DNA of 64,000 nucleotides, taken from the NCBI GenBank assembly GCA_963713975.1, contig OY970218.1, forward strand, positions 1,376,001 through 1,440,000, read 5' to 3'. Position 1 is the first letter of the stretch, and every line of letters starts with the position of its first letter. This stretch comes from an uncultured Chloroflexia bacterium (lineage in GTDB: Bacteria > Chloroflexota > Limnocylindria > Limnocylindrales > CSP1-4). Positions 48,058 to 59,000 of this stretch are shown one piece after another. The notes beneath the pieces are model-generated. The model was not told the DNA's origin, did not search any database, and worked only from the letters and a program-made list of their open reading frames with translations. The position numbers and the translations under genes are program-made.

Positions 48058-49421
48058 GCCTCCGCCTGATCGAGGGGGGCCGCGCCTCTGCCGACGTGCC
48101 CGGCCTCCTGATCCACGGCGCGTCCCAGGTGGCGACGCTCGCCGGTGGGATCCGGAGGGGCGCCGGCCAGGGGGACATCGGGCTGCTGGACGCGTCCACC
48201 ACGGGTGGATCCGGCTCACCCGGCGCACCGGTGGTCGCGTGCTGGGAGGGGCGCATCGTGGGCGTCGGCCCCCGAGACCGCGTGGAACCCGGCCTTGAGG
48301 CATCCGGCTATCCGCTGTCACGGTTCGTGCGCCTCGACGCCGACGGCGGCGTGGTGACGCCCGGTCTCGTGGACCCGCACACCCACCTGCTGTTCGCGGG
48401 CAGCCGCGAAGGCGAGCTCGTTCTCCGCCAGCAGGGTGCCGGCTACCTCGACATCCTCGCGGCGGGTGGCGGAATCCTGTCGACGGTGGCGGCCACCAGG
48501 GCGGCGACGCCGGAGGACCTCGCGCGACACGGCCGCCGATGGCTGGACGAGATGTGCCGGCACGGCGTCACGACCGTCGAGGCGAAGTCCGGCTATGGGC
48601 TGGACCTCGCGACCGAGCTGCGGCTCCTGGACGTCGCCTTCCAGCTGGGCAAGGAGGGGCCCCTGGACGTCGTCCCCACCTTCCTGGGAGCACACGCCGT
48701 TCCTCCGGAGTACCGGTCCCGCCCCGACGGCACAGAGGCGTACGTGCGCCACGTGATCGAGGAGCAGCTGCCGGGCGTGGCCGCGCAGGGACGGGCGCGC
48801 TCCTGCGACGTGTTCTGCGAGCAGGGCGTGTTCACCGCCGACCAGAGTCGTCGGATCCTGGAGGCGGCGGCCGGGTACGGCCTGGCCCTCCGGCTCCACG
48901 CTGACGAGCTGGCGCCATCGGGCGGCGCGGAGCTCGCGGCAGAGTTGGGGGCCCTGTCCGCCGACCACCTGCACACGCCCAGCGACGGGGGCCTGGCGGC
49001 CCTGGCCGCGGCCGCCGAGGGCCCGCGACCGGTCGTCGCGACGCTCCTGCCCGCGACGACCTGGTTCCTCATGGCCGACGAGCCGGCGCCCGCCCGCCGG
49101 TTCATCGACGCCGGCGTCCCGGTGGCACTGGGCACGGACTTCAACCCCGGAACGTCCCCGACGCCATCGCTGCCGCTCGTGATGACCGTCGCCTGCCTCG
49201 CGATGAAGCTGTCGCCAGCCGAGGCCCTGGCCGCCGTGACAATCAACGCCGCCTGGGCTGTGGGCGCGGAGGACGAGGTGGGCTCCATCGAGCCGGGCAA
49301 GGCAGCAGACCTCGTCATCTGGGGCGCGTCCACCGTGGACCAACTGCCGTACTGGGTCGGCGCAGACCTGGCCGACGTCGTGATCAAGCGTGGCCGCGTC
49401 GTCCATCGGCGGGGCGCCTGA
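48054..49421 (+). CDS. hutI: Imidazolonepropionase
   Basis: DPHTH, GGGILSTV, EAKSGYGL, LHADEL and TDFNPG motifs. Confidence 0.95.
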   Translation: MSLRLIEGGRASADVPGLLIHGASQVATLAGGIRRGAGQGDIGLLDASTTGGSGSPGAPVVACWEGRIVGVGPRDRVEPGLEASGYPLSRFVRLDADGGVVTPGLVDPHTHLLFAGSREGELVLRQQGAGYLDILAAGGGILSTVAATRAATPEDLARHGRRWLDEMCRHGVTTVEAKSGYGLDLATELRLLDVAFQLGKEGPLDVVPTFLGAHAVPPEYRSRPDGTEAYVRHVIEEQLPGVAAQGRARSCDVFCEQGVFTADQSRRILEAAAGYGLALRLHADELAPSGGAELAAELGALSADHLHTPSDGGLAALAAAAEGPRPVVATLLPATTWFLMADEPAPARRFIDAGVPVALGTDFNPGTSPTPSLPLVMTVACLAMKLSPAEALAAVTINAAWAVGAEDEVGSIEPGKAADLVIWGASTVDQLPYWVGADLADVVIKRGRVVHRRGA

Positions 49422-49443
49422 CCACCCACTTCGGCGTCCCAGC

Positions 49444-50163
49444 TCAGGCGCCGGCGACCGCCTCGGCGACCCCGAACCCGACGACCGCCACTACGATGAG
49501 CGCCTGGCCGACGTGGTAGGTCACCATCACCGCCGTCCCCAGCCCGCGTCCTCTGCCTCGCTCCAGTCCCGGCACCGGCTGGCGCAGGCGTCCCCAGCCC
49601 AGGAGCGCGTCGGATGCCACGAACAGCCACGCCCCGGCGATCGCGGTCGTGGTGCCGGTCCGCGTCGCAGCGACGGCCATCGCGCAGATCGCGATCACAT
49701 AGACGCCGACCGGCCGGCCCAGCCGCACCCGTCCCGCCGCCCGTACCAGCGTCCGGCCCACCGTCGCCACGATGACCAGCGCCGCCGCCATGCCGGCGAC
49801 CAGCCACGCCGGCTCGCCAGGCAGCTGCAGGAATGCGACGAGGTAGGCGACGTGGGCGAGCAGGAACGCGAGGAGCCCCGCGACAAATCGGCCCGGCGGC
49901 AGGAGCAGGACATCGCCCACGAGCGAGGAGACCAGGCCGGCGATCAGCCACGGCTGGGCCGTCCTCGCCTCCGGGGTCGCCGGTGTCGCGAGCGCGGCCG
50001 CCACGATGAGCGCCACCATCACGCCGGGCTTCGCAAGCCGCTCGACGCGCCGGCCCGCATGGCCGCCTGCCCGGACCGCCAGCCAGTCGGTCACCGCGAG
50101 GCTCGCGGCCACGAGGAACGGCACGGCGAACCGCCAGAGCGAGTCCCAGGCCGCCGCAGTCAC
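49444..50163 (-). CDS. YhhN/lysoplasmalogenase-family membrane protein
   Basis: AKP, SLVGDVLL, FLLAHVAY, LFVASD and VMVTYHVGQ motifs. Confidence 0.85.
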   Translation of the reverse strand: MTAAAWDSLWRFAVPFLVAASLAVTDWLAVRAGGHAGRRVERLAKPGVMVALIVAAALATPATPEARTAQPWLIAGLVSSLVGDVLLLPPGRFVAGLLAFLLAHVAYLVAFLQLPGEPAWLVAGMAAALVIVATVGRTLVRAAGRVRLGRPVGVYVIAICAMAVAATRTGTTTAIAGAWLFVASDALLGWGRLRQPVPGLERGRGRGLGTAVMVTYHVGQALIVVAVVGFGVAEAVAGA

Positions 50164-50165
50164 CG

Positions 50166-50837
50166 TCAGGCCTTGCCGCGAGACTCCAGCAGCACGGTCG
50201 TCGTCTCGGGCGGGAGGCCGGATGTCGTGACGGAGAGCTTCGCCTGGATCGCGGGCTCAGCCCCCATCTCGTGGAGGAACCGCTTCAAGGCCTCGTCGCA
50301 GTCGGCCTCGTCCTCGCATACCGGCATCGGGACCACGATCTTGGGATCCAGCTGTGCGATCAGCTCCGCGGCCTTCGTGGACGAGAGCGAGCCACCGATC
50401 GGGACGCAGGCGATGTCCACGCGCCCGATGTCGGCCAGCTTCTCCTCGGTCAGCTCGTGCCCGATGTCGCCCAGGTGGATGGTGTGGAGGCCGTCCAGGT
50501 GGGTCACGAAGGCGACCTGGCGGCCACGTATTGTGCCCCGCGCGTCGTCACGGTACGTCCGCACACCTGTGAGCAGGACGTCGTGGACCTCGTACTCGCC
50601 CGGGCCGTCGAGCACGAAGGCGGCCTCCAGGCTGGCAGGAATGGCGGTGAGGCCGTCCCGTGACACCTTGGTCGCCTTCTTCGCCAGGGGGGCGTCGTCG
50701 GGGTGGCTGAAGGTGACGACATCGCCGGTGATGCCACGTCCCGTGGGCCCGACGATCGCCGGATAGGGGTCGTTCACCACGACGGCGTCCTTGCCGCGCA
50801 GCCGGATGCAGGTTCGTCCGTACCAGGTCAGCTCCAT
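50166..50837 (-). CDS. MBL-fold hydrolase with degenerate metal motifs
   Basis: LTWYG, DPY, SHPDD, GPGEYEV, HLGD and PKIVVPM motifs. Confidence 0.8.
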   Translation of the reverse strand: MELTWYGRTCIRLRGKDAVVVNDPYPAIVGPTGRGITGDVVTFSHPDDAPLAKKATKVSRDGLTAIPASLEAAFVLDGPGEYEVHDVLLTGVRTYRDDARGTIRGRQVAFVTHLDGLHTIHLGDIGHELTEEKLADIGRVDIACVPIGGSLSSTKAAELIAQLDPKIVVPMPVCEDEADCDEALKRFLHEMGAEPAIQAKLSVTTSGLPPETTTVLLESRGKA

Positions 50838-51087
50838 GCCCCAAGTCTCGCACAGGCGCCTGCCCTGGGGCTCCCATCCCGGGAAAAGGAAAGGACCGGA
50901 GACGCCTGCCCAATTGGCGCCCCCGGCCCGAGGGAGGGAGGATGGAACCTGAGGGGTGTTCCAGGACGAACACTAGACGGGTTCGGATTCAAGCACGGCG
51001 GGCGGAACGGTTAAGAAACGGACATCTCGCGTCCAGTACCTCCGTCCGGGAGAGCCACACAGGGGGCCCGTGGCACAATCGCCCGCG

Positions 51088-52467
51088 ATGACCGCTCACA
51101 ACCGCCGCACGGGTGGCCTGGTCGCGCTGGTCGCGGCCCTGGTCGTGGCCTCCTGCGGTTCCTCCACCCCCACCCCCCCCGTTTCAACGGCCAGCCCCGA
51201 CCAGGCTGCAACGGCCGTTCCCACGGCCTCGCCCGACCCCGCGACGTCGGCCGCTCCAAGCCAGGTACCCGGGTCGCCCGCGACCGCCGTCTGCGATGAC
51301 ACCGTCGAGGGCGGCCCGGCCGCCACGTCCGATGCCAGTGACCCCAACGCCCAGATCTACACGGCCATCGAGGGCCAGGTCGAGCAGCTCCGCGGTATCT
51401 CCGCGACCGTGCCGGTGGCGCGTGGCGTGTTCGACGTCCCGAGCCTGTGCGTCTACCTGCGCACGGGCTTCCGCGAGGACAACCCGGAGTCGCTCGTGCA
51501 GGGCACCGAGACGCTGTACAAGGAGCTCGGCCTCATGCCGCGCGACGTCTCGCTGGAGGCGCTCTGGCTGGAGATGCTCACCAGCCAGGTTGCCGGCCTG
51601 TACGACGACAAGACCAAGCAGATGTACGTGGTGTCCAAGAGCGGCGACATCGGCCCGGTCGAGGAGATCACCTACGCCCACGAGTTCACCCATGCGCTCC
51701 AGGACCAGCGGTTCGACCTGCGGTCGGTGGTGGGCGAGGACCTGGACCAGAGTGATCGGACGATGGCGCGCGCGGCCCTGATCGAGGGCGATGCCACCCT
51801 GCTGATGAGCCTGTGGGCCCAGAACAACCTCAGCGCGGCCCAGCTGGGCGAGGTGGCCGGTGCGTCCGACCCGGCGTCCGAGGCGATCCTCGCGAAGATG
51901 CCGGCCATCCTCAAGGATCCGCTGCTGTTCCCGTACACGAGCGGCCTGCAGCTGGTCCTCGGGCCGTACGTGGAGGGCGGGTTCGCCGCCGTGGACGGGC
52001 TGTTCGCGAACCTGCCCGATTCCACGGAGCAGGTCCTTCATCCCGACAAGCTCGCGGCCCGCGAGGCGCCAGTCACGGTGTCGTTCCCGGACGATCTCGC
52101 CGCACGATTGGGTGACGGCTGGAAAGTCTCGCTCCAGGACACGTTTGGCGAGATGCTCCTCGAGATCGTGCTCCGCGAGGGTGGGGCCACCGCGACCAAC
52201 GACGCGGCGGCCGGGTGGGGTGGCGATCGCGTTGCCCTCCTCGAGGGCCCGGCCGGCGAGGTCGCGGTCGTGCTCGACACCGCCTGGGACACCGCCGCTG
52301 ACGCCGACGAGTTCGCGGCCGCGCTGGCGCCGACGATTGCCAAGCTCACCGCCGAGGGCCGTTCCCCGACGATCCTCCGACCGGGTGACGACCGCGTGGT
52401 CCTCATCTCGGCCGAGTCGGCCGGCACGATGGGCCGGGTTGCGAACGTGCTCGGCCTCGCCGGGTAG
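51088..52467 (+). CDS. Lipoprotein with an HExxH zinc-metallopeptidase-like motif
   Basis: Lipobox VASC; VAGLYD, AHEFTHALQDQ, EGDA and AAGWGGDR motifs. Confidence 0.75.
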   Translation: MTAHNRRTGGLVALVAALVVASCGSSTPTPPVSTASPDQAATAVPTASPDPATSAAPSQVPGSPATAVCDDTVEGGPAATSDASDPNAQIYTAIEGQVEQLRGISATVPVARGVFDVPSLCVYLRTGFREDNPESLVQGTETLYKELGLMPRDVSLEALWLEMLTSQVAGLYDDKTKQMYVVSKSGDIGPVEEITYAHEFTHALQDQRFDLRSVVGEDLDQSDRTMARAALIEGDATLLMSLWAQNNLSAAQLGEVAGASDPASEAILAKMPAILKDPLLFPYTSGLQLVLGPYVEGGFAAVDGLFANLPDSTEQVLHPDKLAAREAPVTVSFPDDLAARLGDGWKVSLQDTFGEMLLEIVLREGGATATNDAAAGWGGDRVALLEGPAGEVAVVLDTAWDTAADADEFAAALAPTIAKLTAEGRSPTILRPGDDRVVLISAESAGTMGRVANVLGLAG

Positions 52468-52510
52468 CGTTCCCCGGGGGCGGCGGCCGCCGACGGGCCG
52501 TCAGGAACCG

Positions 52511-54214
52511 CTACATCGAGTCGGGCGCGGAGACCCCGAGCAGGCCGAGTGCGTTCGCGAGCGTCGTCCGGGTCGCCGTGGCGAGCGCGAGCCGCTTCGC
52601 CGACCGTTCCGGGTGCTCCGGGTCTACGACGCGGGCGTCCCGGTAGAAGGCATGGAACTGGGTCGCGAGCTCGGTCGCGTACGCCGTGATGCCCTGCGTC
52701 TCCTCGGCGAGGACGGCATCCTCGACCACCTCCGGGAGGCGCGAGACCACACGGGCCAGGGCCGCCTCCGGCGCGCCGGCGAGCAGGCCGTTGACGCCTG
52801 TTGAAGGAGCGATCCCCGCCTCGGCGGCCTTGCGCAGGATGGACGCGATCCGGGCGTGGGCGTACTGCACGTAGTAGACAGGGTTCTCCGACGACTGCTT
52901 CCTCGCCAGCTCGATGTCGAAGTCGATCTCGACGTGGGCGGCACGCGAGGCGAAGTACCAGCGGGCCGCATCCGTGCCCACCGCATCGAGCAGGTCGTCC
53001 AGCGTGACGAAGGTCCCGGCCCGCTTCGACATCGACACCTCGACACCGTCCGCGACGAACCGCACCCAGCCGATCAGCAGGACCTGGAAGTGCTCGCGGT
53101 CGTAGCCCATCGCCTCGGCGGCGTTGCGGTTGCGGGCCACCGTCCCGTGGTGGTCCACACCCCAGATGTAGATGAGGTGGTCGAAGCCGCGGCTGAATTT
53201 CTCGGTCACGTACCCGATGTCGGCCGCGAAGTAGGTGGGCCGCCCGTCCGAGCGGTAGATCACGCGGTCCTTGTCGTCGCCGAACGTCGTGGAGCGGAAC
53301 CACAGGGCGCCGTCCTGCTCGTAGACGTGCCCGGCCGCCCGCAGGCGGTCCACCGCACGGGCCACCCAGCCCTCGTCGTGCAGCGAGCCCTCGGTCTTCC
53401 AGACGTCGAAGTGGACGCCGAGCCGCTCGAGGCTGCCCTCGATCATCCCGCGGACCCGTCTGGCGGCCCATCCTCCGACCACGACCCCGGCGTCGGCGCC
53501 GTCCACCGTGGCCGCCACCCAGACGTCATCGGGCAGTTCCCGCGCGAGCGTCTCCACGTAGGCCCCCCGGTAACCGTCCTCGGGAACGGGCTCACCGCGC
53601 TTGACGGCTACGACCGACGCCCCCAGGTGGTCGATCTGCGTCCCGGCGTCGTTGAAGTAGTACTCGCGGGTCACGGTCTGGCCGCCGGCCTCGAGGACCC
53701 GGCACAGCAGGTCGCCCACGAACGCCCCGCGCGCGTTGCCCACGGTGAGCGGTCCCGTGGGGTTCGCCGACACGAACTCGACGTTCACCCGCCGCGGGTT
53801 GACCGCGGGGATCCGGCCCCATGCCGCCGGCGCCGCCAGGATCCCGTCGACCAGGCCCTCGTAGGCCGCGTCCAGGATGCGCACGTTGACGAACCCGGGC
53901 CGGGCCACGTCGGCCGAGGCGATGAGTCCCTCCCCGGCATGGCCGCGCAGGGACGCAGCCAGTGCCTCGGCGATGTCCAGCGGCGAGCGGCGGAGCGGGC
54001 GGGCCAGCTTCATCGCCAGGTTGGTTGCGAAGTCGCCGAAGGCCGGGTTCGCCGGGCGCTCGACCTCTACCGCCGGCACCGCGGTCGCGTCCTCGAGGGC
54101 GGGCAGGGACCCGGTCGTGACGGCGTCGGCCCAGGCGCGCTCCACGGCGGTGCGGACCCGGGCCCGGATTGCCGTGGGGGCGGCGGCAGCGGGATCGGCG
54201 GCGGGGTCGGACAC
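52511..54214 (-). CDS. argS: Arginine--tRNA ligase
   Basis: GDFATN, EFVSANPTGPL, YFAAD, MSKRAG and NPVYYVQYAHAR motifs; AGGAGA SD. Confidence 0.96.
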   Translation of the reverse strand: MSDPAADPAAAAPTAIRARVRTAVERAWADAVTTGSLPALEDATAVPAVEVERPANPAFGDFATNLAMKLARPLRRSPLDIAEALAASLRGHAGEGLIASADVARPGFVNVRILDAAYEGLVDGILAAPAAWGRIPAVNPRRVNVEFVSANPTGPLTVGNARGAFVGDLLCRVLEAGGQTVTREYYFNDAGTQIDHLGASVVAVKRGEPVPEDGYRGAYVETLARELPDDVWVAATVDGADAGVVVGGWAARRVRGMIEGSLERLGVHFDVWKTEGSLHDEGWVARAVDRLRAAGHVYEQDGALWFRSTTFGDDKDRVIYRSDGRPTYFAADIGYVTEKFSRGFDHLIYIWGVDHHGTVARNRNAAEAMGYDREHFQVLLIGWVRFVADGVEVSMSKRAGTFVTLDDLLDAVGTDAARWYFASRAAHVEIDFDIELARKQSSENPVYYVQYAHARIASILRKAAEAGIAPSTGVNGLLAGAPEAALARVVSRLPEVVEDAVLAEETQGITAYATELATQFHAFYRDARVVDPEHPERSAKRLALATATRTTLANALGLLGVSAPDSM

Positions 54215-54481
54215 GTGGGATCTCCTGGGATGTCTGGGGAGCGGAGCCATCCTACCCGGCCCGGCCCTCTGCCCAGGGACGCGGAGACCGCGGTGCGCCG
54301 GGGCACCGGTAGTCGTCCCCGGCCCCGTCGCTGGTCCGGTCCCGACCAGTCTGGTGCGGTTGCCCCCAGTACTTCTTCCGGATGCGGGCCAGTACCGTCG
54401 GGGTGCCCTGCCGGCGGTACCGCCTGGGGACACACCGGGCCCGGTCGTCGGCCGGTCGGGGTGGGACCGCCGCCTGAGCTT

Positions 54482-54534
54482 GGGTCCCCGAGACCCGGAC
54501 GGGACGCACGCGCCTGAGTGCGTCCCGTCCGCCA
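54482..54534. repeat. 53-bp direct repeat, copy 1, containing a 13-bp hairpin
   Basis: Identical to 61124-61176; stem GGACGGGACGCAC/GTGCGTCCCGTCC. Confidence 0.9.
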
Positions 54535-54822
54535 ATTCCCGGCGGACCAGGGCCTCCGGCATGGTCGATGTCGTGCGCCGATGGCCCGCCGTCGGTCTCG
54601 CCGATGGTCACGGGACCCGACGGTGCCACGGGGCAACGGAAACGGGACCGGCGGTGTGGTTGGGGGTGGTCATGGCGGGTGCGTACCGATCAGTCCGTAC
54701 TGGACACAACCCGGACTCCCACCGCACGATTGTCCGTGTCGCACGGGCAGCGGCCGATGACCAGCTCGTCGGACGGGAATGATTCGCGGAGCATGCCGCA
54801 CTGGCAGGAATAGGGGACCAAC

Positions 54823-55551
54823 ATGAAGCTCACCAGGACGAATTGGACGGCCGGATGGCTCGCTGTGGTGGGCCTGCTCGGCGCAGCGCTGATCGCGCCG
54901 ACGGGCGCGCTCGCAACCGACCTGGGCGGTGCGGACCAGGGCACGAGCTGGGATGCCTCGGGCTACGACTGCCCATCCGATTCCTACGTGCCCCCCGCGG
55001 GCGAGGTGATGTGGCACTTCGTGCTGGGGGAGCCTGACCAGGACTCCGGGGACCTGATCGCCACGTTCGACTCCTTCGTGACGAATCCAATCGCCAACTA
55101 CTCGATCAACGGTTCCGATGGTGCCCTGCAGTGGTACGTCTTCAGCGGTCATGACACGTTGCTGTCTGCCGAGACGACCAATGTCGACGGCGCGAACCTC
55201 GTGCTGAGCAGCATCTGCTACGCCCTGCCCGACCCGACCGAAGCCCCCACTGAGGCTCCGACCGAGGCCCCGACGGCTGCCCCGACCGAGACTCCGACCG
55301 AGGCCCCGACGGCTGCCCCGACCGAGACTCCGACCGAGGCCCCGACGGCTGCCCCGACCGAGACTCCGGATGGCACGGCCGAGGCCGCCACCAGCACCCC
55401 AGGGGTCACGCCACCCAGCACGGACACCGGGTCCATCACGCCAACCTCGGGCCCGTCGGGCAGCGGGTTGCAGCTGCTCTTCCTTGCGATGGCCGGACTG
55501 CTCGCGTCGGTCCTTCTGCTGACGCCGGCAGGCGCGCCGCGCAAGCGCTAG
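54823..55551 (+). CDS. Secreted surface protein with PTEA repeats and a TPPSTDT-TM-basic C-terminal signal
   Basis: Signal peptide ending ALA, small Cys-pair domain, tandem PTEA/PTAA/PTET repeats at about 55233-55368. Confidence 0.82.
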   Translation: MKLTRTNWTAGWLAVVGLLGAALIAPTGALATDLGGADQGTSWDASGYDCPSDSYVPPAGEVMWHFVLGEPDQDSGDLIATFDSFVTNPIANYSINGSDGALQWYVFSGHDTLLSAETTNVDGANLVLSSICYALPDPTEAPTEAPTEAPTAAPTETPTEAPTAAPTETPTEAPTAAPTETPDGTAEAATSTPGVTPPSTDTGSITPTSGPSGSGLQLLFLAMAGLLASVLLLTPAGAPRKR

Positions 55552-55611
55552 GTCGGGCATACCGGCGCCAGGGTCGCCCTTCCGGCGCCCAGGCGCCAAA
55601 CCAGAGGAACG

Positions 55612-55655
55612 AGTCGGCCGGGTGGGACACCAGTTCCCCCGGCCGACTGCTTGTG
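55612..55655 (+). terminator. Probable terminator
   Basis: AGTCGGCCGGG..CCCGGCCGACT followed by GCTTGTGT. Confidence 0.55.
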
Positions 55656-56023
55656 TGCTGCCCAACGGCGCCGTCGTCGGCCAGGCGTCCGCACGACTCC
55701 CCGTGACGGTATCGACGTCGGATAGGCCGGTCGCACACCGGACCGACCCCCTGCCATGGGTCATGGGACCCGTGGTGCCGTCCGACACCACCAGCCCAGG
55801 GTTCGCCTGGGTGCTGGCGCAATCCGGTCCGGTCGGGTGCAGTCGTGATCAGTACCTATTCCGGATCGCCACCCGTACCGTCTGAGATCTCGCACGGTAT
55901 CCCCATGGCGGGGTCGTCGCGGGGAGAGCGCCCATATCGGGGTCAGGCTCGGTCGCTCTCGAGCCCGGAGTCATTGGCGGTATTGCCAGGCAAGCGTCCT
56001 ACCATCGGGGAGGTCGGAAGACC

Positions 56024-59000
56024 ATGAGATCTCGGGGATATCCCTCCACACTGCCGGCCGACGCCCGGAAGAGCCTTGCGTTCCTCTGGACGGCGGTTCT
56101 CCTGTGTTCACTGCTGTTGCAGTCTCTGGCCATCTCCGCGCCGGCGAAGTCGCTCGCGGCGGACGATCCGGCGTGTGGCCTGGTGCCGATCGACGTCGAG
56201 ATCATTCTCGACCAGTCGGGCTCCATGGCCCAGAACAGCAATGCCGGCCACACGCGCGCCTACTGGGCGCAGCAGGCCGCCAAGCAGCTGGTCGCGGACC
56301 TCGACGCCAATGGTGGCGTGGGCACGGGTCCGGCCACCTCGTCGGGTGCCAGGCACCGCGTGGGCCTGACGACCTTCCGCGGCACCATCGGCAGCCCGTC
56401 GGGCTACCCGGGCTACGCCGTAGTGTCGTCGCTGGCCTCCCAGAACGCGAGTGGGCTCGCGACCAGCATCGATGGCCTCTCGGCGAGCGGCAACACGCCG
56501 TTCAAGGCAGGGATGGCCGGCGGCGCCGCCGACATGAACGCGCACAAGCGGGGGACCGACTTCGGCCTCCCGGTCACCAACGTGATCGTGTTCATCTCGG
56601 ACGGTCGCCCGAACCCGGACGGCCCGAGCTCGGGCTGGGGCAACGGGACCTCGCAGCGGCCGACCCAGGCCAACGCCAACGCGTTCAAGGCCTCGGCGGA
56701 CCAGGTCTTCTCCATCGGCATCGGCTCGGGCGGCAGCGGTGCCAGCCAGGTCGACCTCGCCCTGATGCAGGCGCTTGCAAAGCCGAATGACGCCGCGCAC
56801 TACGCGAACATCGTCGACTCGAGCAAGCTGCCCAACCTGTTCAGGGACATCTTCAGCGAGATCGCCTGCAAGTCCTACCCGACCATCGAGACCGAGGTCC
56901 GGCAGGGCGGGGCCCCCGTGTCCCAGGTCAACAAGGGCGACTCCGTGGAGGATCACGCCGCGATCACCGGCGGCAGCGGGCCGGTTGACGGCTCGGTCGC
57001 CTTCTTCGTCTGCCGCGATGCCAGCACCAAGCCCGATTGCTCGAGCGGCGGCACGAAGGTCGGCGCGAGCGTGTCCTACGCCGGCGACGGTGTGTCCAGC
57101 GACCCCTTCACGCCCTCGCAACTCGGCTACTACTGCTTCCGGGCCGAGTTCAACGCGGCCGCCGGGTCCAACTACCTGGACACGTCGCACACCAACAAGT
57201 CCAGTGAGTGCTTCCAGGTCCTCCCGTCCGAGGTCGACCTGGTCAAGACCGCGGACGCCGCTTCCGTCAGCGCGGGTGAGCCGATCGGCTTCACGCTGAC
57301 CATCCGGAGCAAGGGTCCGGGCGCGGCCTACGGCGTCAAAGTGTCCGACGCCCTGCCGACCGACGCCGGCCTCGACTGGTCGCTCGATGCGGCCAACACG
57401 ACCGGCACCTGGTCCCTTGCGGGTGGCGTCCTGTCGTTCGGCGGCGCCGATGGCGTCACGATGACGCTGGGCACCGAGTACACGGCCCACGTCACGAGCC
57501 CCACGACCAAGGCGACCTGCGGCAAGGTCACCAACACCGGCGACGCGACCACCACGAATGACGGCACCGACACCGCGTCGGCCGACGTCACGGTGCTCTG
57601 CCCGGACATCAAGGTCAGCAAGTCGCCGAACGCCGGCGCGATCAACGCGGGTGACACCGCGACGTTCACCATCAAGGTCGAGAACATCGGGCCGGGCAAC
57701 GCCACAGGCGTGACCGTCACGGATAATCTGCCCGCCGGCCTCACCTGGGCCGAGAGCGAGGCCGACTGCTCGATCAGCGGCGCCGCCGGCTCGCAGGTGC
57801 TGACCTGCAACATCGGCAGCCTTGCGGCGGGTGCCGCGAGGACCTACACGGTCAGCGCCGTCACCTCCAAGGCCAACTGCGGCGTCATCGACAACACCGC
57901 CACCGCATCGGCCACCAACGAGCGCACGAGCGCCGAGGACAACAACACCGACAGCGGCGCCATCACCGTCCAGTGCGCCGAGATCGACGTCACCAAGGCG
58001 GCGGACGCCAAGTCCGTCAGCGCCGGGGACTCGATCGGCTTCACCGTCACCGTGAAGAATGCCGGCGACGGCATCGCCTATGACGTCACCGCCACCGACA
58101 ACCTCGCCCCGTCCTTCGCCTGGTCCATCGACCCGAGCGCAGGCTGGACCCTCAACGGCACCATCCTCTCCTTTGCGGCCGGCCAGATGGCCGCCGGCGC
58201 ATCGTCCAGCGTCCACGTGACCGCGCCGACGACCGCCGACAGCTGCGGCATCGTGGTCAACACGGCGACAGCGTCGGCTGCGAACGACGGCTCCGACCAG
58301 GCATCGGCGCAGACCGAGGTCATGTGCCCGGACGTGGTCGTCGTCAAGACGGCCGTCGCCTCCCCGGTCAATGCCGGTGACGGCATCGCCTTCGACATCG
58401 TCGCGGACAACGTGGGCGACGGCATCGCCCGGAACGTGACCCTCACCGATACGCTGCCGACGGGCATCGCCTGGAGCGAGGACAGCAACGCCTGCTCCAT
58501 CACCGATGGCGTCCTCTCCTGCGATTTCGGCGACCTGGCCAATGGCGCCAGCGCCAAGGTCCGCGTCAGCGGCACCACCACGCCGACGGTCTGCGGCATC
58601 GTGCCCAACACGGCGACGGTGGCCGCGACCAACGAGCCGGTCGGGCTCAAGGGCAACAACACCGACGGCGACAGCGTCACCGTCAACTGCCCGGACATCG
58701 AGGTCTCCAAGACCGCCGACGACAGCTCCATCAGCGCCGGTGACACCGCGGCCTTCACGATCGTGGTGAAGAACCTCGGCCCGGGTGCGGCGTCGGACGT
58801 CACCCTGGCCGACCCGCTGCCAGCCGGCGTCACCTGGACGACCAGCAGCGTGGGCTGCTCGGTGGACGACGGCACCCTCAACTGCGACCTCGGAACCCTC
58901 GCCGCGGGCGCCAGCGCGACGGTCCACGTCTCGGGCGTCACGTCCGCCGCGGTCTGCGGCACGCTGACCAACACCGCTGCCGCGTTCGCATCCAACGAGC

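Noticed and set aside
54252-54629. RIRKKYWGQ, reminiscent of IS200 TnpA, next to the 53-bp hairpin repeat
   Set aside because: No HUH motif or other TnpA sequence around it, and the rest is low-complexity; likely coincidence.
54640-54822. c-di-GMP riboswitch upstream of the surface-protein genes
   Set aside because: Neither class-I (GCAAA..GAAA) nor class-II motifs were found here or upstream of 56024.
55233-55368. Tandem repeats here and at 15905-15947 as a possible CRISPR array
   Set aside because: In-frame coding repeats (PTEA, SAEP) with no unique spacers and no cas genes.
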